Below are positions 1 through 8,880 of a stretch of DNA of 64,000 nt, piece by piece. The first letter of the stretch is position 1, and the number at the start of each line of letters is the position of its first letter. This stretch comes from a virus, in IMG/VR virus record IMGVR_UViG_3300046011_004498, positions 8,848 to 72,847 of that record; one strand, written 5' to 3'. Under the pieces are notes generated by a model, which did no database searches, was not told where the DNA came from, and saw only the letters and a program-made list of their open reading frames with translations. The position numbers were made by a program, and so were the translations under genes.

Positions 1-393
1 ATAGAAACCCCAACAGGTCGTATGCATGATCTAGGCGACAAAGCTTCTCTTAAGAGTATCCTCTTACGAGATGATGGTAAGTCATTTGCCATAGACAGTA
101 CGTTACCTGCTGGTGTCTATTCGGTTATCTATAAAGCAGCTACGCCTCAGTTTATCCCAGATGTTAGCAAACTTGATCAGCAATTAGAAATTCCTGAATC
201 TTTATTAAATGCTTTATATCTTGGTGTCGCTGCAATTACCTATGAAGGTATTGGAGGTGCTGAGAATCTAGCTATGGCTAGAGATAAGTGGAACCAATAT
301 GAAAAAGAATGCATCGAAGCTAAAATCAACTCTGGTGTTGAAGTTGAGGAAAGCGACGACGGAAACAAGTTTGTTGACCGTGGCTTCTTCTAA
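1..393 (+). CDS. N4 gp67-like head-tail adaptor/neck protein, 5'-truncated
   Basis: Frame open from base 1; C-terminus (QYEKEC...KFVDRGFF) resembles N4-like gp67; lies upstream of the lysis genes and portal as in N4. Confidence 0.65.
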   Translation: METPTGRMHDLGDKASLKSILLRDDGKSFAIDSTLPAGVYSVIYKAATPQFIPDVSKLDQQLEIPESLLNALYLGVAAITYEGIGGAENLAMARDKWNQYEKECIEAKINSGVEVEESDDGNKFVDRGFF

Positions 394-474
394 TTAAAGT
401 AGATTGGTCAAACGTAATTCCCTAAGAGTTTAGTTCTCTTCTTTCTGCCGTTAAATTCTTATTCGAGTGACACT

Positions 475-708
475 ATGACGGATTCAGCAGCCCAAGCAGC
501 GATTGCTTCTGCTCTTGCGCGAATCGAAGCAGAGCTTCTTCATCTGAAGACTTTGGTCGGAGAAAAACCAAATGAGGGATTACGCGGAGATGTAGCCCTT
601 CTAATTGGTATTAAGAATAAAGGCTGGGGATTCGTTCTTGGTCTATTCATCTTTGCAGGTGCTGTAGGTGCTTCAATCAAATCAGCATTTGTGGACATAA
701 TTAAATGA
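475..708 (+). CDS. small membrane protein of the lysis cassette (coiled coil + C-terminal TM; holin/antiholin candidate)
   Basis: 77 aa, hydrophobic GWGFVLGLFIFAGAVGASI; ATGA overlap with next gene. Confidence 0.55.
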   Translation: MTDSAAQAAIASALARIEAELLHLKTLVGEKPNEGLRGDVALLIGIKNKGWGFVLGLFIFAGAVGASIKSAFVDIIK

Positions 709-953
709 CCGTTCCTGATCCAGATAATCCTTTACCCGAACCTTCGTTCCACTGGCGACGTTGGGTAACCATTGGATATGTGGTTGCTACCACAGCACTT
801 TTAGTTGGTATTATCTGGAAATTAACAGATAGTGGTCCGCTAAGAGATGTTGCTTTAGCTTTAATTGGATCACAAGCTTTTTTCGCCTTTATGTATATGG
901 GCGGGGCTTCTGCATCTGATCTTGCTAGAATTATTGCGAGCTGGAAAAAATAA
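705..953 (+). CDS. putative holin (2 TM segments)
   Basis: Two hydrophobic helices, basic C-terminus (WKK), TAATG-coupled to the endolysin. Confidence 0.65.
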   Translation: MTVPDPDNPLPEPSFHWRRWVTIGYVVATTALLVGIIWKLTDSGPLRDVALALIGSQAFFAFMYMGGASASDLARIIASWKK

Positions 954-1489
954 TGACCGACACACCCGATCAACGTTTTCAACGTTCTCTCAAAGCTGTC
1001 CTCAAGCATGAGGGTGGGTATGTAGACCATCCCCGTGATCCGGGTGGTGCTACCAATCTCGGTATTACTCTGGGTACAGCTAAAGCCTACCGTCTGGACA
1101 TCGACGGTGATGGTGATGTCGATAAGAATGACGTGCGCCTGCTGACGCCCGAGACAGCTGCTCCTGTCTACAAGGACGGCTACTGGCTGAAGTGTCAGTG
1201 CGATAAGCTGCCTGCTGGTATTGACTACATGGTCTTTGACCTAGCTGTGAACAGCGGAACCAACAGAGCAATGCGTTATCTTCAGCGTGCAGTAGGTGCA
1301 GTTGAAGATGGTAAGATTGGTCCGAAGACTCTCTCGCTTGTTAATAAACTTAACGAAGCAGATATTATTCGTACTATGTCTGACATTAGAGAAGAGTTTT
1401 ACCGTTCTCTTGATACATTCAGTACCTTTGGTAAGGGGTGGATTCGTCGTCTTAATGACGTGGAGAGAGTTGCCTTAGACTGGGCTTAA
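953..1489 (+). CDS. endolysin, glycoside hydrolase family 108 with C-terminal peptidoglycan-binding region
   Basis: HEGGY catalytic motif, DPGGATNLGIT, FDLAVNSG, DGKIGPKT, FGKGWIRR. Confidence 0.92.
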   Translation: MTDTPDQRFQRSLKAVLKHEGGYVDHPRDPGGATNLGITLGTAKAYRLDIDGDGDVDKNDVRLLTPETAAPVYKDGYWLKCQCDKLPAGIDYMVFDLAVNSGTNRAMRYLQRAVGAVEDGKIGPKTLSLVNKLNEADIIRTMSDIREEFYRSLDTFSTFGKGWIRRLNDVERVALDWA

Positions 1490-1500
1490 GGAGATTGACC

Positions 1501-2034
1501 ATGCCTATTCCATATTCGTTTTTACTTAAGTACATTGGCCTACCCTTAATTGGGGTTCTGCTACTCTATTTGCTTTACAGCACTGGCTATAATAGCGGAG
1601 TTAGTGCAGTAGAGGCTAAGCGTGCTTCTGACCGGGCCGCTCAAGAGTTAGTAGTTGCACAGCTTAATGGTCAGTTAATGGAGAAAGAACGTCTCCATAA
1701 AGCTGAAACGAATGAGATTAGGAATCAACTTCATGTTCAAGAAGCAACATATCATAACGCTGTGCAGCTTATTTATGCTGAGCTCGATGACGGCTTGCGC
1801 GACAGTGAACGAAGAGCCGCCCATTATCGTGCCCTTGCCGAAACCGGCACCGATCAGTGCAGAAGTCTCGCGAGCCATACAGCCCAACTCGACGCAAGCC
1901 TTGTCGAGGGCAGATCAGTGGTTGAAGAGCTCCGATCAACTCTTGAACTCCGAGACTCCCAACTAAGGTTAGTTGGTTCACAACTTATCTCTGACAGACA
2001 GCTGTACGAAAACTATGGAACAAGTATCGACTAA
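1501..2034 (+). CDS. Rz: inner-membrane spanin (Rz-like)
   Basis: N-terminal TM then long coiled coil; follows endolysin; AAGGAG upstream (start may be TTG 1495 or ATG 1501). Confidence 0.8.
   Translation: MPIPYSFLLKYIGLPLIGVLLLYLLYSTGYNSGVSAVEAKRASDRAAQELVVAQLNGQLMEKERLHKAETNEIRNQLHVQEATYHNAVQLIYAELDDGLRDSERRAAHYRALAETGTDQCRSLASHTAQLDASLVEGRSVVEELRSTLELRDSQLRLVGSQLISDRQLYENYGTSID
1733..1966 (+). CDS. Rz1: outer-membrane spanin lipoprotein (Rz1-like), fully embedded in Rz in the +1 frame
   Basis: MFKKQHIITLCSLFMLSSMTAC signal/lipobox followed by Pro-rich EEPPIIVPLPKPAP; AGGA at 1720-1723. Confidence 0.8.
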   Translation: MFKKQHIITLCSLFMLSSMTACATVNEEPPIIVPLPKPAPISAEVSRAIQPNSTQALSRADQWLKSSDQLLNSETPN

Positions 2035-4345
2035 GCCGTTGTCTGAACGAGACAACAAACTCACAAAGTGGGCTGCTGAGCCTGAGCTCAAAAACCTGAA
2101 GGATGAGTTCTTGGCTTGCGAGAGCACTCATGGTGCTCTCGTTGCTAACATCAACCAATGGGCCTCTCTGCATAAGGGAGAGCTTCCTGTTGGAATGAAG
2201 GCCGATAAGACTCGTTCTCAGGCCCAGCCGAAACTTGTCCGTAGACAGGCTGAGTGGAAATACTCTGCTCTCTCTGAGCCTATGCTTAGTTCCAACAGAC
2301 TCTTCACTATTAAACCTACAACAGGTGAAGATCAGGAAGCTGCTGTTCAGAATGAACTTCTGTTGAACCATCAGTTCAATAGAACGATGAATCGTGTAGC
2401 ATTTGTGGATGATTTTGTTCGTTCAGCTGTAGATGAAGGTACGGTTATTGTTCGTACTGGCTGGAACAGAGAAACACGTAAAGTCAAAAAGAAGGTTGAT
2501 ACCTTTGACTATTACAGCCCTAACAGTGAAGAAGAGAAACAACTTATTGAGCAAGCTCTTCAAGCTAGAGAAGCTGATCCCACTACGTTTGAACTTCGTG
2601 CTGCTTCCTCACTTAAAGCTGCTGTTGCATACTTCGATCAGTTTGAAGAAATTGTCATTGCTATAGCAACAGGCGAAAAGAACGAAATTGAAGAAGAACA
2701 AATTATAAAGAACTGCCCTACAGCAGAGGTTATTGATCCACGTAACCTGCGTATTGATCCTACTTGCGGTGGTGATATCACCAAAGCAATGTTTATGATC
2801 TACTCTTATGAAACTAATAGAGCGCAGTTACTCGCTGATCGTAAGGCTTTAGGTTACAAGAACTTAGATAAGGTTGACTGGCAAGCAGTTGGACCTCTGC
2901 AAACTGAGTATCATCACGCACAGTCTGCTGATACGTCTTTCCAGTTTAATGATAAGTCCCGTAAAAAGGTTGTTGTCCACGAATATTGGGGGATGTACGA
3001 CATCCACAAGACAGGGCAACTGGTTCCTATTGTTGCTTGTTGGCTCGGTGACATCCTCATTCGTATGGCTGAGAACCCGTTCCCTGATGGTCTGCCTCCG
3101 TTCGTTATTGTTCCGTACATGCCGCAGAAACGCTCTGTGTATGGGGAAAGCGATGCTGCCTTACTAGGTGACCAACAACAGAACATCGGTGCTCTGCTCC
3201 GAGGTATGATTGATATTCTCGGTAGATCGGCTGCTGGGCAGACAGGTGTTGCTGCTGGCACCTTAGATGCTGTCAACAAGAAGCGATTCGAGAACGGACA
3301 GAATTATCAGTTCAATCCCAACATGCCTGCACAAAATGCTATTGTGCATCATACTTATCCAGAACTTTCGTCTTCAGCTGTAAATCTGATGACGATTCTG
3401 AATAATGATGCAGAAAGTATTACAGGTACTAAAGCATTCTCTGGTGGTATGTCTGGAGATGGTTACGGTAAAGTTGCTGCTGGTATCAGAGGAATGCTGG
3501 ACTCCGCTGCAAAGCGTGAGATGGGTATTCTTCGTCGTCTAGTTATGGGTCTTATTGAGATTGCTCGTAAGTTCATTGCTATGAACCAAGTCTTCTTGAG
3601 TGACAAAGAAGTCATTCGAGTTACCAATACTAAACGTATTGGTATTGAAAGACCTGAAGATCAGACAGATGAAGAGTTTGTCACTATTAATCGTGCAGAA
3701 CTTAAAGGCTTTTTTGATATTGAGATTGATATTGCCACCGCTGAAGTGGATGAAGCTCAGTCTCAAGACCTTGGTTTCATGCTTCAAACCCTTGGACCCA
3801 AGGGTGATTGGAATATGGTCAAGATTATCCTGATGGAAATTGCACGCCTTAAGCGTCTTCCTCATTTGGAAAAAGCCATCAAGGAATACGAGCCTAAGCC
3901 TGATCCAGTGGCTGCTAAGAAGGCAGAGCTAGAAGTTGCTCTGTTAGAGGTCGAGATTGCTGAAGCTCAAGCTAAGTCAGAGCTTATGAAAGCTCAGGCT
4001 AAGAAAGCCTTGGCTGAAGCAGGAGAGACTGATCTTGATACAGCAGAAACTGAGCAGGGTGTTAAACACGAAAGAGCTCTGCAACTGGCTCAAGCTCAAG
4101 GTGAAGCAAATCAGACTTATGAAGTTACTAAAGCTCTGGTTAAACCTCAGAAAGAGGGAGAAAAGCCGGGTGATGTTGAAGCAGCTATTGGTTTCAATGA
4201 ACTAACTAAAGATGCCAATAAGCCTGCTCCCAGACTTCCTCCGATTGAACCAGAACCTATGATGCAACAACCTGTTGACATGGCTCCCCCGATGCAAGAT
4301 CAGGGATTTGCCGGACCAATAGAACCTGTTGAACCATATGTCTGA
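2015..4345 (+). CDS. portal protein (N4 gp59-like)
   Basis: RSQAQPKLVRRQAEWKYSALSEP and TGTKAFSGGMSG match N4-like portals; size and synteny; start placed at MEQVSTK. Confidence 0.92.
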   Translation: MEQVSTKPLSERDNKLTKWAAEPELKNLKDEFLACESTHGALVANINQWASLHKGELPVGMKADKTRSQAQPKLVRRQAEWKYSALSEPMLSSNRLFTIKPTTGEDQEAAVQNELLLNHQFNRTMNRVAFVDDFVRSAVDEGTVIVRTGWNRETRKVKKKVDTFDYYSPNSEEEKQLIEQALQAREADPTTFELRAASSLKAAVAYFDQFEEIVIAIATGEKNEIEEEQIIKNCPTAEVIDPRNLRIDPTCGGDITKAMFMIYSYETNRAQLLADRKALGYKNLDKVDWQAVGPLQTEYHHAQSADTSFQFNDKSRKKVVVHEYWGMYDIHKTGQLVPIVACWLGDILIRMAENPFPDGLPPFVIVPYMPQKRSVYGESDAALLGDQQQNIGALLRGMIDILGRSAAGQTGVAAGTLDAVNKKRFENGQNYQFNPNMPAQNAIVHHTYPELSSSAVNLMTILNNDAESITGTKAFSGGMSGDGYGKVAAGIRGMLDSAAKREMGILRRLVMGLIEIARKFIAMNQVFLSDKEVIRVTNTKRIGIERPEDQTDEEFVTINRAELKGFFDIEIDIATAEVDEAQSQDLGFMLQTLGPKGDWNMVKIILMEIARLKRLPHLEKAIKEYEPKPDPVAAKKAELEVALLEVEIAEAQAKSELMKAQAKKALAEAGETDLDTAETEQGVKHERALQLAQAQGEANQTYEVTKALVKPQKEGEKPGDVEAAIGFNELTKDANKPAPRLPPIEPEPMMQQPVDMAPPMQDQGFAGPIEPVEPYV

Positions 4346-4658
4346 ACTAGAAAATGAGCGTAGGGAGTTCCGCCGAAAGGTAGAACTCCTTATTGCTTTA
4401 GACCAACTCAAGCATAATGTTTCTTTTCAGAAGCTTATTCTGAATGGATTTATGAAAGATGAAGTAATACATCTTACTCGTATTGCTAATAAAGCAATGA
4501 CGGCTGAAGAAAAGTTAGCTAGAAGCAACCAAGCACAAGCAGCTTTTGTTCTAGAAGATTACTTTAGTCGTGTACGTAATGAAGGTGAGGATGCTAGGGA
4601 AAAGATTCCTGAGCTAGACCGACTCATCGAAATTAAAGAAGAAGAACCTGAATCATGA
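4338..4658 (+). CDS. N4 gp58-like protein
   Basis: FQKLILNGF motif; position between portal and gp57-like gene. Confidence 0.7.
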   Translation: MSELENERREFRRKVELLIALDQLKHNVSFQKLILNGFMKDEVIHLTRIANKAMTAEEKLARSNQAQAAFVLEDYFSRVRNEGEDAREKIPELDRLIEIKEEEPES

Positions 4659-5869
4659 AGATTACTGATTTTCAAAACATGAGTGATGAAGACATTGCTG
4701 GTCTTACTGACTCTTCCTTTGATACTTCTGATATTGTTCCTGAAGAACAACAAGAAGAGCAAACTGAAACTACTCCTCCTGTTGATGAAGAAGTCGAGGA
4801 CAAGGCTGAAGCCGACGAAGTTGGAGCCGCAGGCGACAACGAGGAAGGCGAGAAGCCGAAGGACGAAGACGTTTCTGATTCAGACTTCGACAAGCAAACA
4901 CCGCCTACTGAGCAGGTCGCTGTAGAGAAAACAGTAGAAGAAAAGAAAAAACCTCCTGTGGCTGAAGAGCCTAAAGAAGGTAATGTTCCTGCTGAAGAAG
5001 CTCCTTCAATTAATTATGAAGAAGCTTATAAGAAGTTAATTGGGCAACCAATTAAAGCAAACGGTACTGAGATCACTCTAAGAGATGCTGATGAAGCACT
5101 TAGACTGATCCAGAAAGGTGCTGGCTACGAGAAGAAGATGGAGGCTTTGAAGCCTGCTCGTAAGTCTGCTGCAATGCTAGAGGCTGCTGGTCTTCTTGGA
5201 GACGACACAGCGTTGTCTCATATGATTGATCTGTACAATGGTAACCCTCAAGCTATTGCAAGATTAGTAAAAGATCTAAAAATTGATATCTTTGCTCTAG
5301 ACTTAGACGCAGGTGATCAATATAGAGCTGTAAGTCATCTTCAAACAGATGAAGCGGTTACCTTTACTGAGACGCTTAAAGAGGTTCGCACCCTTGAAGG
5401 CGGTAAGGAAGCACTGGCGCTCATCGATTCCTGGGACCAACCGTCCAAGGACGCAATTTGGGGAAATGCTGAGGCAGTCCGTCAGATTTTTGAGTACAAG
5501 CAATCTGGTGTCTATGACACTGTTGCCACTGAAGTCGAACGTCGTCGTACCCTTGGTCAAATCCCCGCTGGCACTCCCTTCATCCATGCCTTCAAACAGG
5601 TTGGTGACGAGATGGCTAGAGCAGCTGAGGCTCAAAATCCAAGCCCTGCGGTAGAACGTACTGTGAATACTCCTGCTAACGTGCCTGCGAAGCCCGTTGC
5701 TAGAACTCCGGTACATTCTGGTCCCGCACCTCGGAAGGTTGAAACCCCAGATGTCCGCGCCGCTGCTGCTGCTTCCCCTCGGGTTGGCTCCGGCGTAGCG
5801 AAACAAGTTCCTGATATTTATTCGCTGAGTGACAAAGACATAGAAAATATGTCTTCGCCTCCGGCATAG
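4655..5869 (+). CDS. N4 gp57-like acidic protein (probable scaffold)
   Basis: Acidic N-terminus, IKANG...[12 protein letters not shown] motif, SLSDKDIE tail, directly before the capsid gene. Confidence 0.8.
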   Translation: MKITDFQNMSDEDIAGLTDSSFDTSDIVPEEQQEEQTETTPPVDEEVEDKAEADEVGAAGDNEEGEKPKDEDVSDSDFDKQTPPTEQVAVEKTVEEKKKPPVAEEPKEGNVPAEEAPSINYEEAYKKLIGQPIKANGTEITLRDADEALRLIQKGAGYEKKMEALKPARKSAAMLEAAGLLGDDTALSHMIDLYNGNPQAIARLVKDLKIDIFALDLDAGDQYRAVSHLQTDEAVTFTETLKEVRTLEGGKEALALIDSWDQPSKDAIWGNAEAVRQIFEYKQSGVYDTVATEVERRRTLGQIPAGTPFIHAFKQVGDEMARAAEAQNPSPAVERTVNTPANVPAKPVARTPVHSGPAPRKVETPDVRAAAAASPRVGSGVAKQVPDIYSLSDKDIENMSSPPA

Positions 5870-5886
5870 GGCTGAAAGGGCTCAAC

Positions 5887-7089
5887 ATGTTGCAGTATAA
5901 AGCCCCTATCGATGGGCAAGATTCCACGATTAACGGCACTGGCACTGACCAGTTCCAGACCTTCTTCTGGCTGCGTAAGGCACTGGTGACTGCTCGTAAG
6001 AAGCAGTACTTCACTCAGCTGTCTACTACCCGCTCGATGCCCAAGAACATGGGTAAGACGATGGTCATGTACGAGTATGTCCCGCTTCTGTCGGACAAGA
6101 ACACGTACAACCAAGGTATCGATGCCGCTGGTGTCGCTACTGTCAACGGCAACCTGTACGGTTCGTCCAAAGACATTGGCACCATTACGGATCGTCTGCC
6201 TACTCTGACGGAAAATGGCGGTCGCGTTAACCGCGTCGGCTTCACCCGTCTGGAGCGTAGAGGTACTCTGCAAAAGCTCGGCTTCTTCACCGAGTTTACC
6301 GCAGAATCCCTGAGCTTCGACTCGGATGCCGACCTGATGCAGCACCTTTCGAGGGAACTGCTGAGCGGTGCGGTTGAACTGTCGGAGTCCATGCTTCAAA
6401 TCGACCTGCTCACCAATGCTGGTGTCGTTGCTTTCCCGGGCGCTGCCACGGATGACGACGAAGTTACGGCTGAAGGTGCAGGCGCTACGAAGGTGGCCTA
6501 CTCCACGCTGACGCGGATGGATCGTATCCTCACGGATAACCTGACGCCGAAGCACACCACGATCATCTCGGGTTCGCGTTATGTGGATACGAGAACGATC
6601 CAAGCGGCTCGCATCATCTACGGTTCCCCGGAAGCGGTGGCCGAACTGATGGACCTTGTGGATCAGTTTGATAAGCCTGCCTTTGTCCCCCTGCATCAGT
6701 ACGCTGATGCCGGTACGGCCATGGAAGGTGAAGTTGGTGCAATTGGTCCCTTCCGTGTGATTGAAGTGCCGAACATGCTCCACTGGGCTGGTGCTGGTGC
6801 TGAGGTTGTTACTAACCCCGGCTATCGCTCCACTCTGGTTGCTGGCGATGATCGTTACGACATCTTCCCGCTGCTGGTGGTTGGTGACGAATCGTTCGTT
6901 ACCATCGGCTTCCAGACGGACGGCAAGTCCATGAAGTTCGACATCACTACTAAGATGCCGGGCAAGGAAACTGCTGATAAGTCGGACCCCTATGGGGAAA
7001 CTGGCTTCAGTTCGATCAAGTGGTACTACGGTATCCTCGTGATGCGCCCTGAGCGTATCGGCTTGATTAAGCTGGTTGTCCGCGAGTAA
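5887..7089 (+). CDS. major capsid protein (N4 gp56-like)
   Basis: 400 aa; [46 protein letters not shown]; GC-ending codon bias. Confidence 0.96.
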   Translation: MLQYKAPIDGQDSTINGTGTDQFQTFFWLRKALVTARKKQYFTQLSTTRSMPKNMGKTMVMYEYVPLLSDKNTYNQGIDAAGVATVNGNLYGSSKDIGTITDRLPTLTENGGRVNRVGFTRLERRGTLQKLGFFTEFTAESLSFDSDADLMQHLSRELLSGAVELSESMLQIDLLTNAGVVAFPGAATDDDEVTAEGAGATKVAYSTLTRMDRILTDNLTPKHTTIISGSRYVDTRTIQAARIIYGSPEAVAELMDLVDQFDKPAFVPLHQYADAGTAMEGEVGAIGPFRVIEVPNMLHWAGAGAEVVTNPGYRSTLVAGDDRYDIFPLLVVGDESFVTIGFQTDGKSMKFDITTKMPGKETADKSDPYGETGFSSIKWYYGILVMRPERIGLIKLVVRE

Positions 7090-7113
7090 TCTTCGCTATA
7101 AAGCGAAGTACAG

Positions 7114-7142
7114 AGGGGGAGGGTCCTGCCCTCCCCCTTTTT
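7114..7142 (+). terminator. intrinsic terminator after capsid gene
   Basis: AGGGGGAGGG-tcctg-CCCTCCCCCT followed by T run. Confidence 0.9.
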
Positions 7143-7170
7143 GTTAGACCAACCCTGAAAGATTGAACCA

Positions 7171-7821
7171 ATGGCTGACGAAAATAAAAAAGTTGAAGGC
7201 GAAGACCTTATCAAAGCGGTGGAAGCTGCGAATAAGGAAGCCAACAACAAACAACTTGCTCAAGAGCAGATTGAGTTTGAAAAAGAACTTAAAGAAAAGC
7301 TCCGTGAAAACGGTAAGCTTTTAGGTGTTACCTTCAGTCCGAATGAAGGTGTTCCCTCTATGGTCAACAAACTTAAAGAAGCTCGTGAACAGCTTCTTCA
7401 AGACCCGTTGATTGCTGATGTTACTCTGCCTGCTGATAAGCAGATTGATGAACTTACAGCCCGTAAGAATCTTCGTCTGGATATGACTCGTCTGGTTCGA
7501 GTGCAAATTGCTTGCCTCAATCCTGCTAAAGCTGAACTTCCGGGAGAAATCTTTACAGTTCACAACGATGTTGTGGGTACAGTTAAGAAGTTTGTTCCTT
7601 ATAATGAAGCCGGGGAAGCTTATCATATCCCGTTCTTCCTTTATAAGTTCCTGACTCGTAAGAAGTATCTGCAAATCAAAGACCCTCCGAAGGGTTCTAG
7701 AGCAGCACCAACTACGAAGATGGTGCCTGAGTTCTCCATCAGAATTCTTGATCCGCTTACCCCGACTGAGCTTAAAGAGTTAGCTCGTGCTCAGGGTGCA
7801 GCTGAAGCCGCTGCGGACTAA
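7171..7821 (+). CDS. N4 gp55-like protein
   Basis: RLVRVQIACLNPAK..LPGEIFTV.N..VGTVKKFVP and LDPLTPTELKELA; synteny. Confidence 0.85.
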   Translation: MADENKKVEGEDLIKAVEAANKEANNKQLAQEQIEFEKELKEKLRENGKLLGVTFSPNEGVPSMVNKLKEAREQLLQDPLIADVTLPADKQIDELTARKNLRLDMTRLVRVQIACLNPAKAELPGEIFTVHNDVVGTVKKFVPYNEAGEAYHIPFFLYKFLTRKKYLQIKDPPKGSRAAPTTKMVPEFSIRILDPLTPTELKELARAQGAAEAAAD

Positions 7822-7848
7822 GATTCACACTAGAAGAAGCCTGAGCCA

Positions 7849-8871
7849 ATGACTTGCAATCCAGCCCCAATCGCTGATGAGATGTTTGATGCTCTGAAGG
7901 AGGGCGTTGACCTCCCGGACTTGTCCGGTGTGGTTATGCCTGAATTCCCAGCCTTAGACCTCTCTGTCTTTATGGATACTCCATCCATCAAGATGGAAGA
8001 TTTGACTGAAGGGCAGACCGGAGGCTCAGGCGTCTTCGATAAGTTAATGACTTCTGTGACTGCTCACCTTGATAGGGAGAGAACAGCAGGACGAATTACC
8101 AATAATGATTTTGCTAAGTCCTATGTAGATTTCTCTACTGGGGCTTTAGCAGCTGCTATTCAGTTCCTGCTCCAGAAGGATCAGGCTTACTGGCAGGCTC
8201 TGAGTGCTCAGACAGCATCTAAGCTGGCTCTTGTTCAGTTAGCTACAGCCCACGTTGCCTTGGAGGAATCCAAGTACCGTATGCGCTTGATGGCTCATCA
8301 ATCGGCTGCTGCTGAAGCTCAAACAGCTTTGGTTAAGATGCAATTAGCCACTGCTCGTATTGAGTTTTGTACAGCTGAATATCGTTTATCTGATATTCTT
8401 CCTAAGGAAGCAGATATTCTTGTTGAACAAAAAGGTCAGATTGAAGCTCAAACAGCTAATATCGTAGCTACTACGACTGATCTGTTACCTGAACAAGTTC
8501 GTACTGCTGCTGCACAAGCTAATACTACTGAGTATCAGTTGGCTAATCATATGCCTAAGCAGACTCTTCTGATGACTGAGCAAATTAATGTAACCAAAGA
8601 GCAGCATGAAGCTGCTCGTGCTCAGACACTTGATACCAGATCAGATAATACTACTCCGGTAACTGGTACGCTTGGTAAACAAAAAGATCTGCATACACAG
8701 CAGATTCAGTCCTATAAACAGGATGCTCAACTGAAAGCAGCACGTCCCTTCATTGATGCGTGGATTACAATGAAGACGATTGACGAGGGTACATTACCCC
8801 CGGATAATTTTAACAACGCCAATCTCAATGCCATTCTTGGTATTATCAGAACAGATAACGATCTAGTGTAA
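7849..8871 (+). CDS. N4 gp54-like virion/tail structural protein
   Basis: GSGVFDKLM, GTLGKQKDL, DAWITMKTIDEG; synteny. Confidence 0.85.
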   Translation: MTCNPAPIADEMFDALKEGVDLPDLSGVVMPEFPALDLSVFMDTPSIKMEDLTEGQTGGSGVFDKLMTSVTAHLDRERTAGRITNNDFAKSYVDFSTGALAAAIQFLLQKDQAYWQALSAQTASKLALVQLATAHVALEESKYRMRLMAHQSAAAEAQTALVKMQLATARIEFCTAEYRLSDILPKEADILVEQKGQIEAQTANIVATTTDLLPEQVRTAAAQANTTEYQLANHMPKQTLLMTEQINVTKEQHEAARAQTLDTRSDNTTPVTGTLGKQKDLHTQQIQSYKQDAQLKAARPFIDAWITMKTIDEGTLPPDNFNNANLNAILGIIRTDNDLV

Positions 8872-8880
8872 GGCTTTAAG

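Noticed and set aside
5818-6783. 321-aa antisense ORF over the capsid gene (also 30724-31533, 33014-33964, 29794-30444)
   Set aside because: Mirror frames of genes with biased codons; no RBS or protein-like motifs.
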